NCBI GenBank assembly: GCA_015067835.1
Contig: SVLS01000006.1
Span: 949-64,948, forward strand
Direction: 5' to 3'
From: Oscillospiraceae bacterium
GTDB lineage: Bacteria > Bacillota > Clostridia > Oscillospirales > Oscillospiraceae
DNA length: 64,000 nt
In this document: positions 37,801 to 45,683 of the stretch, piece by piece
Numbering within the stretch: the stretch's first letter is position 1
How the letters are laid out: every line of letters starts with the position of its first letter
Translations under genes and position numbers: made by a program
The notes under the pieces: generated by a model
Told to the model about the DNA's origin: nothing
What the model saw: only the letters and a program-made list of their open reading frames with translations
Database searches by the model: none

Positions 37801-38382
37801 GTGAATGAGCGCTATTCTTATTTGGCGGAGCAGCGGGATGATGTTTTGACCTCCAAGCGGGAGCTGGAGAGCATTATCCGGGATCTGACCAAGGAAATGA
37901 CGGTAATTTTTGTGGAGGAATTTGCAAAAATCAATCGTTATTTTGGAGAGGTTTTTACAGAAATGTTTGGCGGCGGCAACGGTCAGCTGATTTTGGAAGA
38001 TCCGGAGGAGCCGCTGACCTGCGGCATCGAAATTCGGGTACAGCCTCCCGGAAAGCAAGTGAAAACCATCACATTGCTGTCCGGTGGCGAAAAGGCGTTT
38101 GTGGCAACGGCTCTGTATTTTGCGATTTTGAAGGTACGGCCGACACCGTTCTGCTTGCTGGACGAAATTGATGCGGCGTTGGATGACCGAAATGTGGAGC
38201 GCTTTGCTTCGTACTTACACAATTTGAGTAAGAAAACGCAGTTTATTGTGATTACCCACCGCCGCGGCACAATGGAGGCTTCTGATGTGCTTTACGGTGT
38301 GACGATGCAGGAACAGGGCGTGTCCAAGCTTTTGCGGCTGGATTTGAACCAGATGGAGGAATACCTGGGCATCGCAGAATAA
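34810..38382 (+). CDS. smc: Chromosome segregation protein SMC
   Basis: GPNGSGKSNI Walker A, long coiled coils with a hinge, LSGGEKA signature, LLDEIDAALD Walker B. GTG lies 7 nt after aaggag. Confidence 0.96.
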   Translation: MYLKSLEVQGFKSFPDKTLIRFGDDITAIVGPNGSGKSNISDAILWVMGEQSTKTLRGSKMEDVIFGGTQKRSAVGFAEATLTLDNTDRALPYDADEVMITRRYYRSGDSEYYINRQSARLRDINEMFMDTGLGREGYSNIGQGRIDEILSLKSADRREIFEEAAGISKYRHRKEETERKLAHTEDNLLRIGDKVSELELQLEPLKEQSEKAKKYLELKDELQGVEVAVWLDMLDKLSAAAKKAEEDYASASFVLQQAHSDLDKLYAQSEELSELLRQKDGEMETVRVKVNMLEATHQQLDGQIAVLKGNVDNNNANILRIEEELRGEQDRSGGILAQIEQANERITQIEQELQKKKQAIDALQQQLSAMTANAQGLTRQFLELRGKESTLTADIAGREADIHSLEESMAQTAQRSEILTADLQSGAQRQAEAQQQLEDCRAELRHAQEDAKAAENTISGYALRQETRQKRRDELAQLLREQTAKLDSVSAKARVFRAMERDFESYNKSVKAVMQEVQRGGLRGIHGPVSRLIRTDNDYTTALEIALGAAMQQIVVGTEQDGKAAISYLKRTDSGRATFLPLTTVQGKKLNENGLESCRGFVGVASDLVSHKAEYRSVVEYLLGRTVLVQDMDCAISMAGKYGHRFKIVTLDGQVMNPGGSMSGGSVNKESGILSRANELEKLTAQEKQLQTDAADTETKLQEAQRQMDQVEFQLSTARDQLREAQDQVLRLQGQEKQYEILLQAVTDAIGAAQREMDALQQRNHSDRERFAANQGKIQVYTAELASVRASISNLEGSQSEVAAQTDVLTEKMTLLRTAAAALEAEKATAQAHIEDMQTLQNSMAGDRQNKLYLIQSIQEDTKRIESEIAQLYQRQAQNDADTEAQRQVLQAVMTERSETEASRTKSEREGQEKSKDIVNMERACSLLEHKKVTTAMEEKQIIDKLWDSYELTPGTAVEHRGEIESVTAGNRRISELKRKISGLGTPNLGAIEEYARVNERYSYLAEQRDDVLTSKRELESIIRDLTKEMTVIFVEEFAKINRYFGEVFTEMFGGGNGQLILEDPEEPLTCGIEIRVQPPGKQVKTITLLSGGEKAFVATALYFAILKVRPTPFCLLDEIDAALDDRNVERFASYLHNLSKKTQFIVITHRRGTMEASDVLYGVTMQEQGVSKLLRLDLNQMEEYLGIAE

Positions 38383-38391
38383 GAACCACCT

Positions 38392-38494
38392 GTCATTGCG
38401 AGGGTCGCAGACCCGTGGCAATCCCCGGCAAAGTTGGTATATCCTGTTTGCCTCGGGGATTCCTACGCTGGTGTGAGCACTGGCTCGGAATGAC
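38392..38494. repeat. Multi-hairpin palindromic intergenic element, copy B
   Basis: gtcattgcgag ... ctcggaatgac termini; the internal arms gtggcaatcccc / ggggattcc and hairpins match copy A in inverted genomic orientation. Confidence 0.8.
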
Positions 38495-38516
38495 ATGTAA
38501 ATGAAAGGAAACCAAT

Positions 38517-39422
38517 ATGGGCTTTTTTGATAAAATCAAATCCGGTATGGCGAAGACAAGAGATGCGCTGAGCCATACGCTGGGCGGTGTTTTCTCCGGC
38601 TTCAGCGAAATTGACGACGATTTTTATGATGAGCTGGAGGAAAGCCTGATTCTGGCAGATTTGGGCGTTGAAACGGCGACAAAGGCCACAGACCGCCTGC
38701 GCAAAACCGTCCGGGAACAGCACCTGAAAACCACGGAGGAAGCCAAGACGGCACTGAAGGATATCCTGGTGGATATGCTGAATGTGGGAAAGACCGAGTT
38801 GAAGCTGGATACCCAGCCATCGGTGATATTGGTCATCGGTGTTAATGGCGTTGGCAAAACCACGACCATCGGAAAAATTGCCAATCAGCTGGTGTCAGGT
38901 GAAAAAAAGGTAATGCTGGTTGCAGGGGATACCTTCCGTGCAGCAGCAGCGGACCAGCTTGAAATCTGGGCCGGCAGAAGCGGTGCAGATATTGTCCGCC
39001 AGCACGAAGGGGCAGACCCTGCCTCTGTGGTGTTTGACGGCATTCAGGCGGCAAAAGCCAGAAAATCCGATGTCATTTTGATTGACACGGCCGGTCGGCT
39101 GCACAATAAACAAAATCTGATGAACGAGCTGAATAAAATCAGCCGCATTGTGGAGCGTGAGCTTCCGGATGCCAGCCGGGAGGTTTTGTTGGTGCTGGAT
39201 GGCACCACCGGCCAGAACGGTTTGATTCAAGCAAAGCAGTTTAAGGAAATCGCAGGCGTTACTGCCATTGCCCTGACCAAGCTGGACGGTACGGCCAAGG
39301 GCGGCATTGTCATCGCTGTGGCGGATGCTCTGCAGATTCCTGTGAAGTATATCGGCGTGGGGGAACAGGCAGATGATTTAATGCCCTTCGTCGCCCGTGA
39401 TTTTGTAGAAGCACTGATATAA
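38517..39422 (+). CDS. ftsY: Signal recognition particle receptor
   Basis: GVNGVGKTTTIGK, DTAGRL and TKLDGTAKGG SRP-GTPase motifs. Confidence 0.95.
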   Translation: MGFFDKIKSGMAKTRDALSHTLGGVFSGFSEIDDDFYDELEESLILADLGVETATKATDRLRKTVREQHLKTTEEAKTALKDILVDMLNVGKTELKLDTQPSVILVIGVNGVGKTTTIGKIANQLVSGEKKVMLVAGDTFRAAAADQLEIWAGRSGADIVRQHEGADPASVVFDGIQAAKARKSDVILIDTAGRLHNKQNLMNELNKISRIVERELPDASREVLLVLDGTTGQNGLIQAKQFKEIAGVTAIALTKLDGTAKGGIVIAVADALQIPVKYIGVGEQADDLMPFVARDFVEALI

Positions 39423-39428
39423 AAATAT

Positions 39429-39455
39429 GTCATCGCGAACCTGGCTCGCAATGAC
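39429..39455. repeat. Minimal copy (termini only) of the palindromic element
   Basis: gtcatcgcgaa-cctgg-ctcgcaatgac. Confidence 0.6.
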
Positions 39456-39471
39456 AGGAAATGGTGAAAGA

Positions 39472-40077
39472 ATGAAAGTCATTTTAGCAAGTAAAAATGC
39501 CCATAAGCTGGAGGAAATCAGCCGCATCACCGAGAAATTCGGCATTGAGCTGGTGCTTCAGTCTCAGCTGGGCGTGGATATCGAAGTGGAGGAAACCGGT
39601 ACGACCTTTGAAGAGAATTCTCTCTTGAAGGCAGAGGCAGTGATGAAAGCCACAGGGCTTCCTGCCTTGGCGGATGACTCCGGCCTTGCGGTAGAGGCAC
39701 TCAACGGAGAGCCGGGTGTGTACTCTGCCAGATATGGCTTTGATGATACCTTGGATGACCGTGGCAGGCTTCAGCTTCTGTTGAAGAACACAGAGCAGGT
39801 GCCCGATGGGCAGCGTCAGGCGAAATTTGTTTGTGTGATTACCTTTGCCCACCCGGAAGGCCAGATTATTCAGGCCAGGGGAGAGATTCACGGTCAGCTG
39901 CTTCGGGAAGCCCGGGGAGTAAACGGCTTCGGCTATGATCCCATATTCTACTATCCGCCTTTTGAAAAGACTATGGCGGAATTGAGCCCGGAGCAGAAAA
40001 ATCAGGTTTCTCATCGGGCGGTTGCATTACACGCATTCTACGAGAAGATGAAGGAGGCAGGTTATGCTGACAAGTAA
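39472..40077 (+). CDS. rdgB: Non-canonical purine NTP pyrophosphatase (XTP/dITP diphosphatase)
   Basis: MKVILASKNAHKLEE start and FGYDPIF motif. The ORF upstream of 39472 is made of repeat sequence. Confidence 0.9.
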   Translation: MKVILASKNAHKLEEISRITEKFGIELVLQSQLGVDIEVEETGTTFEENSLLKAEAVMKATGLPALADDSGLAVEALNGEPGVYSARYGFDDTLDDRGRLQLLLKNTEQVPDGQRQAKFVCVITFAHPEGQIIQARGEIHGQLLREARGVNGFGYDPIFYYPPFEKTMAELSPEQKNQVSHRAVALHAFYEKMKEAGYADK

Positions 40078-40534
40078 GCAGCGGGCAGAACTTCGTGCTC
40101 AGGCGACAAACATTGAAACCACTCTGATGGTGGGTAAAAGCGGCGTGACAGAGACAGTCATCGCCGAAGCGGAGAATCTTTTAAATGCCCGGGAGCTGGT
40201 GAAGGGCAAGGTTTTAGAGGGTGCAATGATGACCTCCCGTGAGGTCTGCGACGAGCTTTGCGAAGCCACCGGCGCCGATGGTGTGGCGGTGATTGGTACA
40301 AAATTTGTCATTTATCGCTTCAGCGAAAAATGTCAGCAGGAGCGGAATCAGACTGGCCGTGCAAAGCGGAAGGCGACACCGGTTTCCAAAAAAGACCCGG
40401 TGCGTAAGGGCATCCATGCACGCCGTCAGGCCGCAAAGGCAGTCCGGGAGCAGAGAAATGCCTATTTCCGTCAGCAGGCGATTGATAAGTCCATTGAAAA
40501 AAGCCGCGAAAAGCAGCTGAGAGATGAAGAATAA
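40064..40534 (+). CDS. yhbY: YhbY/CRM-domain RNA-binding protein with a basic C-terminal tail
   Basis: LTSKQRAELRAQA...MVGKSGVT CRM domain followed by about 60 Lys/Arg-rich residues; overlaps the rdgB end by 14 nt. Confidence 0.8.
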   Translation: MLTSKQRAELRAQATNIETTLMVGKSGVTETVIAEAENLLNARELVKGKVLEGAMMTSREVCDELCEATGADGVAVIGTKFVIYRFSEKCQQERNQTGRAKRKATPVSKKDPVRKGIHARRQAAKAVREQRNAYFRQQAIDKSIEKSREKQLRDEE

Positions 40535-40579
40535 TAAGTAAATAGCGATCCATAGGTATGATAAAAGGGGAAATGTGAT

Positions 40580-41230
40580 ATGTGTACAGAGGGTTATTTC
40601 TGTCCGCCAACGTTGGCTTCTTATATGGAACAAACCGGATGCTGCAGTTCGTCTGCGGACTTCCGGCGATTGCCTATGGAAAAACTGGAGCAGGCGGTAT
40701 GTAAGCTGCTGAAGCCCAGTCGTGTTGCCCATGTTCTGGGCTGCCGGGATACGGCAGTTGCCATGGCTAAATTCTGGGGTGCCAATGAAGAGGATGCAGC
40801 ACGGGCCGGCTTGCTTCACGATATTACCAAGGCGCTGGATCCACAGCAGCAATTGACTTTGGCTGGGGAGTATGGTATCATCTTAAATACTTTTCAGCAG
40901 AAATACCCCAAAACTCTGCACGCGTTAACCGGCTCTTTGGTGGCAAAGCATCTGTTTGGGGAAAATGAAGCGGTGGTGCAGGCGATTCGCTACCACACCA
41001 CCGGCAAAGCAGATATGAATTTGCTGGAAAAAATTATTTATGTTGCAGACTATATGGAGCCAAACCGGAATTTTCCCGGAGTGGAGGATTTGCGCACGCT
41101 GGCGTTTACAGATTTGGATGGAGCGCTGAAGCTTGGGCTGACGATGACGCTGGAGCTGCTGAAGCAGCAGGGAAGCGAAGTGTCGGAAGAATCCCGGGAG
41201 GCGTTGGCCTGGTTGAATAAGAAAGGATAA
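40580..41230 (+). CDS. yqeK: HD-domain bis(5'-nucleosyl)-tetraphosphatase YqeK
   Basis: HVLGCRDTA...LLHDITK HD motif. ATG at 40580 has SD aaagggg 9 nt upstream; ATG at 40676 aligns better with the usual YqeK N-terminus. Confidence 0.85.
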   Translation: MCTEGYFCPPTLASYMEQTGCCSSSADFRRLPMEKLEQAVCKLLKPSRVAHVLGCRDTAVAMAKFWGANEEDAARAGLLHDITKALDPQQQLTLAGEYGIILNTFQQKYPKTLHALTGSLVAKHLFGENEAVVQAIRYHTTGKADMNLLEKIIYVADYMEPNRNFPGVEDLRTLAFTDLDGALKLGLTMTLELLKQQGSEVSEESREALAWLNKKG

Positions 41231-41598
41231 TGAATATGATGACTGCAAAAGAAGTGGCACTGCAAGTGACCAAGGCACTGGATGAGAAAAAAGGTGTGGA
41301 TATAAAGCTGCTGGGAATTGACCGGGTATCCAGTCTGGCAGACTATTTCCTGATTTGCACCGGTACTTCCAACACCCATGTAAAAACATTGTGCGACTAC
41401 GCAGAGTTTACCATGGAGCAGTTGGGAGAGCCGATGCTGGGTCGGGAAGGACACCGAGGCAACTCCTGGGAATTGCTGGATTTCGGCTCTGTGGTGGTTC
41501 ACGTGTTTACCGATGAGGCAAGAAAATTCTATGACCTGGAGCGTCTGTGGGCAGATGCGGAAGAAGTGGATTTAAAGGACATTATTATCGGGGACTAA
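41230..41598 (+). CDS. rsfS: Ribosome silencing factor
   Basis: RsfS/YbeB pattern (ADYFLICTGTSNTHV, WELLDFGSVVVHVF). Confidence 0.92.
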   Translation: MNMMTAKEVALQVTKALDEKKGVDIKLLGIDRVSSLADYFLICTGTSNTHVKTLCDYAEFTMEQLGEPMLGREGHRGNSWELLDFGSVVVHVFTDEARKFYDLERLWADAEEVDLKDIIIGD

Positions 41599-41629
41599 GC
41601 TCCCGATTTTTAGAGGGGTGTTTTTCGTT

Positions 41630-44053
41630 ATGAATTACGAACACAAAAATGTAGAGGCAAAATGGCAAAAATATTGGGAGGAGAACCAGACCTTCCATAC
41701 GGATGTGTGGGATTTTTCCAAGCCCAAATACTATGTGCTGGATATGTTCCCGTATCCTTCCGGTGTCGGTCTGCATGCCGGTCACCCGGAGGGCTACACC
41801 GCAACGGACATTATGTCCCGTATGAAGCGGATGCAGGGCTACAATGTTCTGCACCCGATGGGCTATGACTCCTTTGGCCTGCCTGCGGAGCAGTATGCTG
41901 TTTCCACCGGCAACCATCCCAATGGATTTACCCAGGAAAATATCAAGACCTTCTCTGCACAGCTGAAAGAGCTGGGCTTTGACTATGACTGGTCCAAGGT
42001 GCTGGCAACCTCCAACCCTGATTTTTACAAGTGGACGCAGTGGATTTTTAAGAAGCTGTACGATGCAGGCTATGCCAAGCGAATTGAAATGCCGGTAAAC
42101 TGGTGTGAAGAATTGGGCACGGTTCTTTCCAACGATGAAGTCATCGACGGCAAATCCGAGCGTGGCGGCTATCCTGTTGTAAAGAAGAATATGATGCAGT
42201 GGGTCATCGATCAGCCCGCTTTCGCAGAAAAACTGCTGGAGGGTCTGGAGGAAATCGATTGGCCGGAATCCACAAAGGAGATTCAGCGCAACTGGATTGG
42301 CAAATCCACCGGTGTAGAGGTGGACTTCCAGCTGGTAGGCGGCGGCAACTTCTCCGTTTATACCACCTGTATTGAAACCATCTACGGCATTACCTTTATG
42401 GTGCTGGCACCGGACGGTAAGATTGTCCAGTCTCTGATGGACCGTGTGGAGAATAAGGAAGAGGTTCAGGCGTACATTGATGAGGCGGTCAAAAAGAGCG
42501 ATATGGACCGCACAGAGCTGAATAAAACCAAGTCCGGATGTCCTCTGAAGGGCGTGTATGCCATCAATCCGGTCAATGGCAAGGAAGTGCCGGTGTTCAT
42601 CGGCGATTTCGTGCTGGCAAGCTATGGTACAGGTGCAGTTATGGCTGTTCCCAGCCACGACCAGCGTGACTTTGAGTATGCCATTGCCCATAACATTCCC
42701 ATGATTCAGGTTATTGAAGGCCGGGATGTCTCGGAAGCTGCTTTTGAAAAGCAGGATTATCTGGGCAAGGGCTGCAAGCTCATCAACTCTGAAGAATTTA
42801 CCGGCTTGACGGTGGAGGAAGCAAAGGAGGCCATTACCTGCAAGCTGGAAAAGCAGGGCGTTGCAAGAAGAAAGAACAATTACCATTTCCGGGAGTGGAT
42901 TTTTGCCCGTCAGCGTTACTGGGGCGAACCGGTTCCCTGTATCTATACCGAGGACGGAGAGACAGTCTTCCTGCCGGACGAAGAGCTGCCTGTGATTTTG
43001 CCGGAGCTGGACGACTATAAGGGTCGTAACGGTCAAGCTCCTCTGGAAAATGCAACACAGTGGAAGCAGTACAACCAAAACGGCTTGAAGGGTGTCCGCG
43101 AGACCTCTACAATGCCCGGTAGCGCCGGCTCTTCCTGGTACTATCTGCGCTACATTGACCCCAATAATGACAAGGAATTCTGCGATCCGAAGCTGCTGGA
43201 GCACTGGATGCCCGTTGACCTGTATATCGGTGGTCCGGAGCACGCAGTCGGCCACCTGATTTACTCCCGTATCTGGAACCGTTTCCTCTATGATAACGGC
43301 TTGTCTCCTGTGAAAGAGCCCTTCAAGAAGCTGGTTCACCAGGGTATGATCTTGGGCGAAAACGGCATTAAGATGGGCAAGCGTTTCCCGGAATTCGTGG
43401 TCAACCCCAGCGATATTGTTCGGGAATACGGCGCTGATACCCTGCGTCTTTACGAGATGTTTATGGGCCCGCTGGAGGTTTCCAAGCCCTGGAGCACCAC
43501 GGCGGTGGCCGGTGCCCGGAAGTTCATCAACCGTGTGTGGAACTTCTTCACGGAGGCTTCCAATATTACAGAGGAAGACGACGGCAAGTTAACAAAGGTC
43601 TATCACCAGACGGTGAAAAAGGTCACCTCTGACTTTGAGGCTCTGGCATTCAACACTGCCATTGCTCAGATGATGGTGTTCGTTAATGAAGCATATAAGA
43701 ACGGTACTTGCCCCAGAAGCTATGCAGAAGGCTTCGTAAAGATGATTTCCTGCATCATTCCCCATGTGGGCGAGGAAATCTGGCAAATTTTGGGTCACGA
43801 TACCACCATTGCATACGAAAGCTGGCCGACCTATTCTGAGGAAAAGTGCAAGGACACGGAAGTCACAATGGCGGTTCAGGTCAACGGAAAAATGCGTGGT
43901 ACGGTGGCGATGGAAGCGGATTTAGATAACGATACCGTTGTTGCCAATGTGCTGGCTGACGAGAAAATTGCCAAGTTCCTGGAAAAGCAGGGCGGAAGCA
44001 TTGTTAAGACCATCGTGGTCAAGAATAAGCTGGTTAACCTGATTGTTAAGTGA
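41630..44053 (+). CDS. leuS: Leucine--tRNA ligase
   Basis: PYPSGVGLHAGHPEGY (HIGH region), CP1 editing domain, variant KMGKR loop. ATG at 41630 has better SD spacing than GTG at 41618. Confidence 0.96.
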   Translation: MNYEHKNVEAKWQKYWEENQTFHTDVWDFSKPKYYVLDMFPYPSGVGLHAGHPEGYTATDIMSRMKRMQGYNVLHPMGYDSFGLPAEQYAVSTGNHPNGFTQENIKTFSAQLKELGFDYDWSKVLATSNPDFYKWTQWIFKKLYDAGYAKRIEMPVNWCEELGTVLSNDEVIDGKSERGGYPVVKKNMMQWVIDQPAFAEKLLEGLEEIDWPESTKEIQRNWIGKSTGVEVDFQLVGGGNFSVYTTCIETIYGITFMVLAPDGKIVQSLMDRVENKEEVQAYIDEAVKKSDMDRTELNKTKSGCPLKGVYAINPVNGKEVPVFIGDFVLASYGTGAVMAVPSHDQRDFEYAIAHNIPMIQVIEGRDVSEAAFEKQDYLGKGCKLINSEEFTGLTVEEAKEAITCKLEKQGVARRKNNYHFREWIFARQRYWGEPVPCIYTEDGETVFLPDEELPVILPELDDYKGRNGQAPLENATQWKQYNQNGLKGVRETSTMPGSAGSSWYYLRYIDPNNDKEFCDPKLLEHWMPVDLYIGGPEHAVGHLIYSRIWNRFLYDNGLSPVKEPFKKLVHQGMILGENGIKMGKRFPEFVVNPSDIVREYGADTLRLYEMFMGPLEVSKPWSTTAVAGARKFINRVWNFFTEASNITEEDDGKLTKVYHQTVKKVTSDFEALAFNTAIAQMMVFVNEAYKNGTCPRSYAEGFVKMISCIIPHVGEEIWQILGHDTTIAYESWPTYSEEKCKDTEVTMAVQVNGKMRGTVAMEADLDNDTVVANVLADEKIAKFLEKQGGSIVKTIVVKNKLVNLIVK

Positions 44054-44089
44054 TTTTTGGGGTAATTACAGAAAAATGTAATTTCTTGC

Positions 44090-44118
44090 TTGACATTTGT
44101 CGGTAACTTGCTTATAAT
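44090..44118 (+). promoter_or_regulatory. Consensus sigma-A promoter for rpsU
   Basis: TTGACA 44090-44095, 17-nt spacer, TATAAT 44113-44118. Confidence 0.7.
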
Positions 44119-44188
44119 ATACAAAGCCAAGAACTGGCCCTGAAAGCATCCTGGAATTAGCCGGATGCCATCGGAGGGAGGGAAAACT

Positions 44189-44371
44189 ATGTCTGAAATT
44201 CGCGTTAAGGAAAACGAAACTCTGGAAAGCGCTCTGCGTCGTTTTAAGCGCAGCTGTGCCAAGGAGGGCGTTATTGCCGAAGTTAAGAAGCGCGAGCATT
44301 ATGTCAGCCCCAGCCTGAAGCGTAAGCAGAAGTCTGAAGCTGCCCGTAAGAACAAGAGAAAGTTCTACTAA
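44189..44371 (+). CDS. rpsU: 30S ribosomal protein S21
   Basis: [21 protein letters not shown]... 60 aa, with SD ggagggagg upstream. Confidence 0.95.
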   Translation: MSEIRVKENETLESALRRFKRSCAKEGVIAEVKKREHYVSPSLKRKQKSEAARKNKRKFY

Positions 44372-44394
44372 TACCCCCTCTTGAAAATGCTCAA

Positions 44395-44428
44395 AAACCG
44401 CCCTACATTGGTAGGGCGGTTTCTATTT
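44395..44428. terminator. Bidirectional terminator between rpsU and the convergent hypothetical gene
   Basis: aaaccgccctac (44395-44406) / gtagggcggttt (44411-44422), loop attg. Confidence 0.8.
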
Positions 44429-45154
44429 CCACTCCTGATACAGACCCACAACAGCCCGGATACCCAGCCTTTGTGCATCCTGCAGCCAGGAATCGATGCT
44501 GCTTTGATCCCGCTCCAAAAGGAAGGTGACGGTATCATCCTCCACTTGAATGTGATAATGACAATGAAGCTTCGAGTCATAATGAGGCGGCAATGCACCT
44601 GGGCAAGTAGGAGATAATTCGTATTGACTGCCATTTGGTGTGACGGTAATTTTTTCGGATAATCGTGCCATATCCAGCCAAATCTCCCGGTTTCGATAGG
44701 GCGCAAGATACGCTTCCAGAGGCTGATGCAAGGGTGCAGGTGGAAGAAAAACAGGCTTGCCGGCACTGGAATAAGCAGGCGGCGCAATTACTGGGCAGGG
44801 TAAGTTCTTTTGCAGAAAGCAAGATAACTGCTTCGTTTTTTTGTCGCAGTTTCTCTGGAAATCCAACAAAATCCCGGAAATTTCAAACTTTTTTTCAATA
44901 TCAAGCAATTGGGATAAAATCTCTTCTGCTTGATGGTTGTCCATAGGCACGCTGTCGTCAATAATCAGTAGAGAGTTGGGCGGCAGCAACGGAGGGAGAT
45001 TGGACAGTCCAAAGCCGGATGAGGAAAAATGGCAGGAGAGCCAGCCAATATGAGAGGGCAAGTTCGCAGAGCCGGAAAACTCAGCGGCAGTCATTGCATG
45101 ATACCGGTCAAAAACCATAGACAAATCCATCCTTTCGTGATACAATCGTGGCAT
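44423..45154 (-). CDS. Hypothetical protein, no family recognised
   Basis: 243-aa ORF with codon usage like its neighbours. It has its own terminator and is divergent from yqeG; the start may be the internal ATG at 45118. Confidence 0.6.
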   Translation of the reverse strand: MPRLYHERMDLSMVFDRYHAMTAAEFSGSANLPSHIGWLSCHFSSSGFGLSNLPPLLPPNSLLIIDDSVPMDNHQAEEILSQLLDIEKKFEISGILLDFQRNCDKKTKQLSCFLQKNLPCPVIAPPAYSSAGKPVFLPPAPLHQPLEAYLAPYRNREIWLDMARLSEKITVTPNGSQYELSPTCPGALPPHYDSKLHCHYHIQVEDDTVTFLLERDQSSIDSWLQDAQRLGIRAVVGLYQEWK

Positions 45155-45179
45155 ATTCTATGAAAGTGCGGTTTGATAT

Positions 45180-45683
45180 ATGCCTTTTTCCTTGTTGCCC
45201 GGTGTGATTGCGAAACGCGTGACCGATATTTCACCGGAGAATACTGCTGCGTGGGGAGTCAGGCTCCTTATGCTGGATTTTGACAATACACTTGTGCCGT
45301 ACACAACGGATGTTCCGACACCGGAACTGCTGAGCTGGCTGGAGAAGATGAAGGCGGCAAATCTATCCCTTTGCGTTGTTTCCAACTCCAAAAAAGAACG
45401 GGTGAAGGCTTTTTGCCGAAAGTATGAAATTGACTGTATCACCCACGCCAAAAAGCCGGGGGGAAAGGGAATCCGTCAATGTCTGGAGCAATATAAGCTG
45501 CCGCCGGAAGCGTGTGCATTGGTAGGCGACCAGATTTATACCGATGCCTTGGGCGCCAATTTGTGCGGCGTGAAATCGATATTGGTTCAGTCCATTGATA
45601 ATCACAATTTCTGGCTGAAGGCACGCCACGTGCTGGAATTGCCGTTTATTGCCATTGCCAAGAAAAGGAGCGAAAACCTATGA
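45180..45683 (+). CDS. yqeG: YqeG-family HAD-IIIA phosphatase
   Basis: MLDFDNTLVPY motif I, VVSNS and VGDQIYTD motifs. Confidence 0.87.
   Translation: MPFSLLPGVIAKRVTDISPENTAAWGVRLLMLDFDNTLVPYTTDVPTPELLSWLEKMKAANLSLCVVSNSKKERVKAFCRKYEIDCITHAKKPGGKGIRQCLEQYKLPPEACALVGDQIYTDALGANLCGVKSILVQSIDNHNFWLKARHVLELPFIAIAKKRSENL

Noticed and set aside
41585-43339. 584-aa ORF antisense to leuS
   Set aside because: Its codons are exactly in register with the leuS codons (41630-41585 = 45, a multiple of 3). It therefore stays open simply because leuS avoids TTA, CTA and TCA. The translation is low-complexity (Q/L/R/G/H-rich) with no SD or promoter. It is a shadow ORF.
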